Source of the DNA: Scyliorhinus canicula
Taxonomy: Eukaryota
NCBI RefSeq assembly: GCF_902713615.1
Contig: NC_052158.1
Coordinates: 18,906,546-18,970,545, forward strand
Direction of reading: 5' to 3'
Length of the DNA: 64,000 bases
The position numbers were made by a program, and so were the translations under genes. The number at the start of each line of letters is the position of its first letter. The stretch's first letter is position 1. Shown here piece after piece: positions 50,300 through 60,083 of the stretch. The notes under the pieces were generated by a model, which did no database searches, had not been told where the DNA came from, and was given only the letters and a program-made list of their open reading frames with translations.

Positions 50300-52735
50300 C
50301 TAGAGCAGCTTGGGGCCTGTCGTGAAGGTGAGTGAGTGCCTTTAAATTTGCTTACCTTTCACCGGGAGCAGGGTTTGAGGGAATATCAGGTAAGCTCTTC
50401 GTTTCTTTTTCTTCTTCTTATTTTTTTTTAAATCTAGAGGTGATGTCAGGGAAGGCAGTACAATGCTCCTCCTGCAGAATGTTTGAGGTGAGGGACGCCG
50501 TCAGTGTCCCTGCTGATTTCATCTGTGGGAAGTGCACCCAACTCCAGCTCCTCAAAAACCGTGTTAGGGACCTGGAGCTTGAGCTGGATGAACTTCGGAT
50601 CATTCGGGAGGCAGAGGGGGTCATAGATAGGAGCTTCAGGGAAGTAGTTACACCAAAGACTGGAGATAGATGGATAACTGTAAGAGGGACTGGGAAGAAG
50701 CAGTCAGTGCAGGGACCCCCTGCGGTCGTTCCCCTGAGTAACAAGTATACCGTTTTGGATACTTGTGGGGGGTCGACTTACCAGGGGTAAGCCATGGGGT
50801 ACGGGCCTCTGGCACGGAGTCTGTCCCTGTTGCTCAGAAGGGAAGGGGGGAAAGGAGTAGAACATTAGTAATTGGGGACTCAATAGTCAGGGACACAGAT
50901 AGGAGATTTTGTGGGAGCGAGAGAGACTCACGTTTGGTATGTTGCCTCCCAGGTGCAAGGGTACGTGATGTCTCGGATCGTGTTTTCCGGGTCCTTAAGG
51001 GGGAGGGGGAGCAGCCCCAAGTCGTAGTCCACATTGGCACTAACGACATAGGTAGGAAAGGGGACAAGGATGTCAGGCAGGCCTTTAGGGAGCTAGGATG
51101 GAAGCTCAGAGCGAGAACAAACAGAGTTGTTATCTCTGTGTTGTTGCCTGTGCCACGTGATAGTGAGATGAGGAATAGGGAGAGAGAGCAATTAAACACG
51201 AGGCTACAGGGATGGTGCAGGCGGGAGGGATTCAGATTTCTGGATAACTGGGGCTCTTTCTGGGGAAGGTGGGACCTCTATAGACAGGATGGTCTACATC
51301 TGAACCTGAGGGGCACCAATATCCTGGGGGGGAGATTTGTTGGTGCTCTTTGGGGGGGTTTAAACTAATTCAGCAGGGGCATGGGAACCTGGATTGTAGT
51401 TTTGGGGTACGGGAGATTGAGAGTATAGAGGTCAGGAGCACAGATTTGACTTCGCAGGAGGGTGCAAGTGTTCAGGTAGGTGGTTTGAAGTGTGTCTACT
51501 TCAATGCCAGGAGTATACAAAATAAGGTAGGGGAACTGGCAGCATGGGTTCGTACCTGGGACTTCGATGTTGTGGCCATTTCAGAGACATGGATAGAGCA
51601 GGGACAGGAATGGTTGTTGCAGGTTCCGGGGTTTAGGTGTTTCAGTAAGGTCAGAGAAGGGGGCAAAAGAGGGGGAGGTGTGGCGCTGCTTGTCAAGGAC
51701 AGTATTACAGTGGCAGAAAGGATGCTAGATGGGGACTCTTCTTCCGAGGTAATATGGGCTGAGGTTAGAAACAGGAAAGGAGAGGTCACCCTGTTGGGAG
51801 TTTTCTATAGGCCACCTAATAGTTCTAGGGATGTAGAGGAAAGGATGGCGAAGATGATTCTGGAAAAGAGCAAAAGTAACAGGGTAGTTGTTATGGGAGA
51901 CTTTAACTTTCCAAATATTGACTGGAAAAGATATAGTTCGAGTACATTAGATGGGTCGTTCTTTGTACAATGTGTGCAGGAGGGTTTCCTGACACAATAT
52001 GTTGACAGGCCAACAAGAGGCTAGGCCACATTGGATTTGGTTTTGGGTAATGAACCAGGCCAGGTGTTAGATCTGGAGGTAGGTGAGCACTTTGGAAACA
52101 GTGACCACAATTCGGTGACCTTTACGTTAGTGATGGAAAGGGATAAGTATACCCCGCAGGGCAAGAGTTATAGCTGGGGGAAGGGCAATTATGATGCCAT
52201 TAGACATGACTTAGGATGTGTAGGTTGGAGAAGTAGGCTGCAAGGGTTGGGCACACTGGATATGTGGAGCTTGTTCAAGGAACAGCTATTGCATGTTCTT
52301 GATAAGTACGTACCAGTCAGGCAGGGAGGAAGGGGTCGAGCGAGGGAACCGTGGTTTACCAAAGAAGTGGAATCTCTTGTTAAGAGGAAGAAGGAGGCCT
52401 ATGTGAAGATGAGGCGTGAAGTTTCAGTTGGGGCGCTTGAAGCGAGGAATGATCTAAAGAGAGAGCTAAGACGAGCAAGGAGGGGACATGAGAAGTCTTT
52501 GGCAGGTAGGATCAAGGAAAACCCAAAAGCTTTCTATAGGTATGTCAGGAATAAAAGAATGACTAGGGTAAGAGTAGGGCCAGTCAAGGACAGTGGTGGG
52601 AAGTTGTGTGTGGAGGCTGAGGAGATAAGCGAGATACTAAATGAATACTTTTCGTCAATATTCACTCAGGAAAAAGATAATATTGTGGAGGAGAATGCTG
52701 AGACCCAGGCTATTAGAATAGATGGCATTGAGGTG
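50300..52735 (+). mobile_element. Young CR1 LINE copy A, interrupted by the LTR element
   Basis: ORF1 has a CxxC...CxxC finger, a leucine zipper and an SGNH esterase (IGDSIV, HIGTNDI, DGLHLN), frameshifted near 50775. ORF2 APE (YFNARS, AISETW, GDFNFP, SDHN) stops abruptly at ...GAGGTG. Confidence 0.95.
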
Positions 52736-53746
52736 TGTTGCACGTTTTACTTGAGTGTATTACGCGTTTATTGGAGTGTATTAACACGCCTCCGTTTAAA
52801 GGCCGTGTGCTTAACACTGCTACAGCTCTGTGTGTGTATTTTCAGCTCGGAGTCGCCAGGTGCCGTATCTAGACACCTCACAAGTATTTCAAGGTCAGGT
52901 TCAAAGTAATAAAACTATACACCGATTAGTAAGTTCAAACGATCAATATTTATTATACAAATATAATAAATACGCATGCATACGCTAAAGACTAATACTT
53001 ATTACTACTATTAAACGACTAAATACTCATCTAAGTAGGAACCAGCAAGGTCAGGGGACAAGGCCTTTGTTCCTTTCTGGGCTGCACCTTCTGTTCACTA
53101 ATAGTCGAATACTGTATAAGTAATGCCGGGTTCACGTAGCGAGCATCGTTTTGGCACTTACTGAACGATGGCTGGTGCTCAACGGCTGGTGATGGGAGAC
53201 AGGATCAACGGCTGGAGTCGGAGTCAGGATACAACAGCAGATCTGGGCCAGAGTCAAAGCAGCAGTCCAAGCCGGAGCACAAAAACAGACAGAACCATGT
53301 GCGGGATCTATCTTTATAGGGCCTTCAATGCCGTGCCTTTTCGGGGCGGGCCTTTACCTGCCATGTATCGATTGGGTTATTTCCCAATCGATGTCTTACA
53401 AATCCCCCAATCTGAGGGTCTCTTCTCGATGGGTGGGGCAGTCTCTAGGGTCTTTTGTGATGGATACTTCTGGTGCCGTTTCGTCTGGGCGTCCACTCAA
53501 AGTATCCATTCAAACCCAAATGTTGCTATTGTGTGTGCCCAGATCTGGATTGCCTCATTACTATGCAAAGCGTTTTGCTATTTACACCTTTGGTTGAGAT
53601 CTTCCACCTGGCCATAAACTAGTTTCGTTACGTGCAGAATGCTAATTAGCCTTTGCAGACTGCTTGTCCTGGCTAAAACTGTTTTCTCCCTACAGTCTTA
53701 GCAGTTCTCCATTTTGTTAGCCCAGTGTCCATCTTAAGTGGCTACA
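52736..53746 (-). repeat. 3' LTR, 1011 bp
   Basis: TGTAGCC...GCAACA ends, TATAAA 53318-53313, donor GTAAGT 53161-53156 and AATAAA 52954-52949. Confidence 0.85.
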
Positions 53747-54106
53747 TTCCCTCCTTGTGATCCTCACAATAAAAAATTGTGAAGGATCACCTAAGCACGT
53801 TGCTTCGAGTGCTTCTGGGTGCCTTCTTTGTGTTCCCTGACCTCGGCAAGTTCCTGGGCGTCTATTCTGTCCTTGACTATGGGAAGAAAATTTTTTACCT
53901 GACATCTCTACTTGGCGCTATGTCAAAGGGGACATGCATTACCAAAACCGGGAACCTCTACCTATCACAACTATCCTTATCTTACCTTAAACATTTTATT
54001 ACAGTCTAAACCTTATTCATTCATACCACATTACATAACATTTCCTGACTCGGCAGTCGAGTCCAGGACAATATAATACATGGGTATCTTTTATTCACAT
54101 AGTGCT

Positions 54107-54451
54107 TTATTCATCAAGGGGCAAGGGGGATTGATGAAACCGAAAAATAGGGGATCGAACTCCATAGACGGTTGAGGGGCAGGAACGGGAGGCTCTCCTT
54201 TTCCATTTCCTCAACCTGAGGGTCTGTACGATTATGCAGAGGATTGCGATCACTAGCATTGATTCAATCACATATGACATGGAGTACCATGTCATAAATT
54301 TTGTGCACCAGGTCTGAACTTCACTGATCAGAGCTGAGCACGGGGGAGTTGGTGTGAGGGAAACATTGACGGCGGGGGTTGTGGGGGAAACGTGCCTTTC
54401 TTCCACACATACAAATACAACATTTAACAGTAATAGGTGGGCTTCCATCAT
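54107..54451 (-). CDS. 114-aa predicted single-pass membrane protein in the env position
   Basis: accATG start, hydrophobic N-terminus, NVS sequon, TM YVIESMLVIAILCIIVQTL and basic RLRKWKRR. Upstream TACTAAC branch point and AG acceptor. Confidence 0.65.
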   Translation of the reverse strand: MMEAHLLLLNVVFVCVEERHVSPTTPAVNVSLTPTPPCSALISEVQTWCTKFMTWYSMSYVIESMLVIAILCIIVQTLRLRKWKRRASRSCPSTVYGVRSPIFRFHQSPLPLDE

Positions 54452-55410
54452 GGTCTTCTCTTCGTTCTCTTTCTCTTCCTCCTGTATGGCCGATCCTTGC
54501 TGTGAACCCTCTTTCGTCCTTTGAAAGCTATGGGATCAAGCACAGTATCTGTCAATACACAGTTTAATATCCGTACTTGTTAGTATATCTGTCCTCTAAT
54601 TCCAATTGACCCATTAAAATGACTGGCCAAGTCACACCCTGTGACTCCCCTCTTTTTTTTTTCAAAAGCGAATTTAATGAACAGAATACACCTAACAACT
54701 TTCCTCCTGCGAGCCGTCTCGCAGGCTTTGCTAATTTACCATCCGAATGTTCCTGGATGTAAATAGCATGTGGGATGGCGGCCTAAGGGCTGCCTAACGA
54801 AAAATGAAAACAAATTTGAAAGAAAAGGTCGAATGGGTTGCGTATGGGCCGCTACGGGTACGATTTGAATGGGATCCCCGGGTAAGGCGTGCTGTGCCAT
54901 ACCCGAGCTTGGCTGACCAAAGTGGGTTCTCAGACAGGGTGGGTCCTCAGTGCCGTTTGTCCACTGCCTGAGTAACCTGGATTAAACGGGCAAGAATGTG
55001 TTTACCGTGGGTTTGCAGCCTCTATTCACCGAATAGAGGGGCACCTAAAAACAAGGGAGGAGCCAAGATGCTCCAACATCTGAAAACAGTGAACTGAAGT
55101 TCTCAGAGGTATCTGCAGATAAACTAGTGTGCGTGTAAGGCGGTCACAAGCCTTACAGCTGAAAAGATTTCCAATCAAACCATTGGGTTGGGAACCAAAG
55201 TTCTCAAAGGTATCGGCGGACAAACTAAAGTGCGTGCGAGGTGGTCACAATATTTTCAGCTGAAAAGAAGGTGTCCAGCCTCCAACTGAACCAATAACAT
55301 TGAAACAAACAAACATAAACTCACAAACAAAACATACGTGCAGGTTCCATCAGAAAGGACATCGCTTCCCTCAAGCGGTTGCTATTTTACATCATCTGGA
55401 CACCTCACTT

Positions 55411-58400
55411 TTACTCTGCCTCTGTGAACAGGGTCACAAAGGGGTTGCCGTATCGGGATTCAGACACCGTGTCGTCCAGCTCTCCCGGATCCCACACCCT
55501 TGTGTGGATCAGGCATGAAATTTTTGAATTATGTGACCGGGGGTCACTTTCGTCGTTGCGGACAAGTCTGTACGAATTGCCCCTGTGCCAGAGTGTTGGG
55601 TCTAAAAGTGAATGGGTATTGTCGGGGTAGTCGGGGTCGGGTGGTGGGTCTGGGTTTTTAATATAAGTGACTTCCATGGGGTCACTGGAGTCGGGGTCAT
55701 AGTCGCTGCAGTGTGGGCTGTAGTGTGGTGTGCTGTGGCTGTCCTCAGAGTCAGTGTCTGTATCGCTGTCTCTGCTGCGGCAGCTTGTGGGCGTTTCGGG
55801 GCGTGGTCTGTCGTGGTCAGTGGGCGGAGTCGTGGGCGAGTCCGATGAAGAACTGGTCTGTGAGGGGGATGGTGGAAACGTGTCTCTAGTGGGTGGGGCG
55901 AGGTGTTCTGCTGCGTCTAGCAGGACATGGTGTGCATGGTTGGACTGTGTTCCATATGCCTTTAGCTGGTTAATATGGAACCACGCGGTCTTTCCATTGG
56001 GATATTTTACCTTGTAAACTGAGGGGCTAATTTTATCCAAAATTGAATATGGGCCGGAATATTTTGGTGCCAAAAAACTGCTGGGGTTGTATACAGATAG
56101 CATTACCTGTTGCCCAACCTGGAATCCTGTGGGGTGGACGGTCTTATTAAAGCATGCTGTGCTTCGTCTACGCCGTTTCCCTAGTTGAACTGCGGCTGCG
56201 ATCTGTGCAGACCTCACAGTCTCAACCAGGTCTTTAACAGCCTTTTCATGTGTGAGGGCCGTCACTTCGGGGCTAGTCATGTCCAGTCCTAAAAGGAATT
56301 CTGTACCTTTCATAGGGTGTCCGGTCATGAGTGTGTGTGGTGTGTATCCTGTGGAAGTTGAAACTGTATTTCTGATAAACATGAGTGCAAATGGGAGCAC
56401 TGAATCCCATGTTGAGTTGTTCTCTTGAACCATTTTTCTAAGTGTGGATTTTAGGGTCCGATTCATGCGCTCTACAATCCCGCTGGACTGTGGGTGATAC
56501 GCAATATGAAAGTTTTGTTTGATGCCGAATATAGTCAGGACGTTCTTCATGACACGTCCTGTGAAGTGAGATCCCTGGTCCGAATCTATACTTCTGGGTA
56601 AACCCCATCTCGTGAAGATGTGGTGGGTCAGGATCTTTGCAGCTGTCTTAGCTGTATTTGTTCTAGAGGGGAATGCCTCTACCCATTTGGTAAAGGTATC
56701 GATTACCACCAGAACGTATTTATGGCCATTCCTACAAGGGGGCAATGGTCCTATAAAGTCGATCTGGAGGTTTGTCCAGGGGCCATTAACTGGTCGAGTA
56801 TACCGAAGCTGTGCCTTTTTAGAATACCTCTCCGGGTTATTCTGGGCGCAAATAAGGCAATTCTCGATGTAGTGAGTTACATCTGTCCTTAGGTTAGGCC
56901 ACCAACAGAGCTGCCTGAGGTGCCTCGTGGTCGTGTCGATTCCTTGATGTCCATGCCCGTCATGGAACAAAGCAATCATTTGATTCCTGTCCTGCTGCGG
57001 GACCACATAAAGCTGGTCCTTGATGATCACACCCTCATGTGTGGTCAGTGTGTGTCTGAACTTGTCAAACTGAGGCACAAAGTTGCCTTTAAAAATCTCC
57101 CTGAGATCCTCATCCTGCTTCTGTGCTTCAGCTAAATCCTTGATATCGGTCTGTGAGACTTGAACTGCGCTCACAGGGGCGCTAGCTGGTGTGCTAGCTG
57201 GGGGTGTCCACAAGTGTCCTCGCCTGGAACCTGCCTTAGCCAGTGCGTCGGCTTTTACATTCCCAGGGGGGGATGACCTATGGTGGCTTCTAACTTTTAT
57301 AATGCCGAAGGTTCTGTCCTTCGCTTTATCTAAAATGTGGCGGAGTAAAGGGGCTGATGGAAGGGGTTTCCCGTCTGCGGAGACAAAACCTTGTGTCCTC
57401 CACAGGGGTAGAAAATCTGTTAGACTGTTGCAGACATATAGACTGTCCGAATATATGTCCGCTGGGCTTGGGAAAGAATCGGGGTGGTCCACTATATAAG
57501 CTATGGCCGCGAGCTCTGCTGCCTGCGCGCCTAAGTCACCTGGCAATTTTAACGCTATTTCTTCGAGAGCGCAACCCTGCGCGTCCTCGACATAGATGCC
57601 GCATCCCGTGATACGCTCACCTTCTAAAACCGTGGATGAACCGTCCACGTATATCCGTAGTGGTCCACATGTGTCTGTGTGTTGGGGGCTTTGTCTTGGG
57701 TTCCCTATCTTCCTGGGGGGTGTCTTCGCTATGAAGGGTCCTGTGTTGTGTAGGGGTGCTACAATTTCACATTCATGGGGCTGTCCTGGATATTGGAGGT
57801 TGTCGGCTAAAAATGTGTGTGTGCGGGTCCGTTTAACCGTAATGTCCCGTCCTTGTAAGAGTAGTGTCCACCTAGCTGCCCTAATCTGGCTAACTGAACC
57901 GCCCTTCAGTCGACCGTCTAGGAGTAACTGTGTGGGGGTGTGCTCGGTCAAAATAGTGATGGGGTTGAGTCCGGTAATGTACGAGAAGTACTGAACTGCC
58001 CAGAAAACTGCTAGGAGGTGCCTCTCACAGGCTGAAAATCCCTGTTCTACTGGGTCTAAGAGTCGGGAGGCATAAGCCACTGGTCTTAGCTGCTCGTGCC
58101 GTTCCTGAAGTAACACGGCCGAGAGGGTCAGATCTGTGCCCGCTACCTCTATTGCATAGGGGGAAAGGTGGTCTGGGACTTGTAGCGCGGGTGCTGCGCT
58201 AAGGGCTCTCTTTAACTCCTCCACAGCCTCTGTATGCTGCGGAAGCCATTCCCAGGGGGCTCCTTTCTTAAGGAGGTCTGAGAGTGGGGCTGCCTTTGTC
58301 GCGAATCCGTCGATGTGGTTCCGACAATAACCAACCAGTCCTAAGAACGACCGGAGGGCTGAAACATTCTGGGGAAGGGGCAATTTGACAATCGAATCAA

Positions 58401-59638
58401 TTCTTTTGAATTCGATCTCGCGTTTGCCGTGTGTATGACTGTACCCAAATACATCACTTTATTTTCCAAAATCTGGGCCTTTCTTGGGTTAACTTTACAT
58501 CCAATTGAGGTTAAAAGTTCCAGGAGCTCGGCCAGAAGCGTAATGTGCTCTGCCTTTGTGTCTGTCTGCAGTAGTAGGTCGTCTACATACTGTACCAGAC
58601 ATTCGGGGCGGGAAAATTTTTCTAAACCATTCGCCAGCTGTCTGTGGAAAATGGAGGGGGAATTGTGGAATCCTTGTGGAAGGCATGTCCACGTATACTG
58701 TTGTGCTTTGAAGGTGAAGGCAAATTTGTACTGGCACGCCTTTGCCAATGGGATTGACCAGAAGCCGTTGCTAATGTCCAATACCGTGAAAAATTTGGAG
58801 TTGAGTCCCTTTTGAGCATGGTCTCGGGACTTGTTGCTACCGTGGGGGCTACTGCTGGGGTTACTTTGTTGAGTTCCCGATAATCGATGGTCAGACGCAA
58901 TGATCCGTCGGGCTTTCTCACTGGCCAAATAGGGGCATTATTGGTCGAGGCTACTGTTCTAAGCACACCTTGCTCCAATAAGCTACCTATCACTTTCTCT
59001 ATTTCTCCCTCTGCTTCTAGGGGAAATCTGTATTGTTTCTGTGGTCGGGGGTCAGGTCCGGTAACGTGAATTTGTCCAGTCATTCTGCCGCAGTCGTGCC
59101 GGTGACTGGCAAATGCTGTCCTGTGTTTGTGTAATACTGCCTTTACTTGTCTGTCCGTGTTTAGTGCAGTCAGGTCAAATGAATAGTCTCCTACTGCGCT
59201 AATCCTATTAGCGTACTCTCCTACTGTGAGAGTAGCGGGTGCTCTGTCCGATCTTGCCATTCGCCAGACACACTGGTTCACTGGGTCGAACGACAGGCTA
59301 TGGGCATTCATAAAATCTATCCCCAGGATGTGTTCTGCTGTCCGGGGAAGATTTACTAGAACGACGGGGTGTTTGGTGGAAATGTTCCCTAGCTGGATTG
59401 CTACGGGTGCTGTAATGTGTCCCTGCTGCGAGTGTCCTGTGAAACCGCTAAGTGTGATGGTGGAGGTGGTCGGCCACGTGTCTGTCTGTGCCGTGGTGGT
59501 GGAATTAATCGTGGTGCGGGACCCTCCTGTGTCCCAAAGTAACTCTATGGGCTTCCCTCTAACCTTAGCTGTGACTACCGGTCTTCCGGATTGATCCCAA
59601 AGAGTGTCACAGACCCAAGTGGGGGAGCCCGAACACCG
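55411..59638 (-). CDS. pol: Pol (PR, RT, tether, RNase H, integrase, C-terminal tail), open except for two 1-nt frameshifts near 58812 and 58432
   Basis: LLWDTGGS; PQKQY; LTIDYRELNK; LDISNGFW; LPQGFHNSP; YVDD; RPVAYAS; IYVDGSS...AELAA...YSDS; HHCC; IDFIG/DSDQG/ERMN; YSGPY. Confidence 0.92.
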
Positions 59639-60083
59639 TCAGTCCGTCCCGTCCACATTGGTCTGTCCTGAATGTATCCCTATACTATGGATTGGTTTGG
59701 CTTTATTCCTATTCAGAGTGCCTGTCTGCTGGCCTCTCTGTGATCTCTGGGGTGCATTACATTCCTTAGCCCAATGTCCTAACTGGCCACAGTTGTAGCA
59801 TTCCTGCGACTTCTGTGGAGGGCTGTTCTTTCCTTCATTTACCCACGCGGGGTTTTGGTGCGCTCTCACTGCCTGAATGTCCGCTGTAGCCTGAGCTTCT
59901 TCTGGGGATTTCACTTTGCCTCTGCCTTGAACTGATTGCTCCCAAGCGCGGGACAATCTTTTCAGGACCCACTTCTCATTATGGGCCTCTTCTGAGGGGT
60001 CATAGCTGTTGCAAGCACTCTGTTCTGCATCTGTGGCATGGGAAATTATGGTGCGCGTCCATTTAACCATATTTTCATGGTTC
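59639..60083 (-). CDS. gag: Gag C-terminal part with one CCHC zinc knuckle
   Basis: CYNCGQLGHWAKEC; ends with TGA in frame with pol; cut at ~60083 by the CR1 tail. Confidence 0.88.

Larger units (their letters stand above)
52736..60083 (-). mobile_element. Loki/foamy-like LTR retroelement without env; its 5' part is displaced beyond the window by CR1 copy B
   Basis: 3' LTR, PPT AAGGAGGGAA (53747-53758), gag CCHC, in-frame TGA, then PR-RT-tether-RNaseH-IN. Confidence 0.9.

Noticed and set aside
50390-50437. Intron within the CR1 5' UTR using the GTAAGC donor at 50390
   Set aside because: 48 nt is below the usual vertebrate minimum, so only more distant donors are plausible.
54107-54451. Calling the small ORF a FAST protein or env
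   Set aside because: Only the topology is similar; there is no recognisable homology, furin site, ISD or CX6CC motif.
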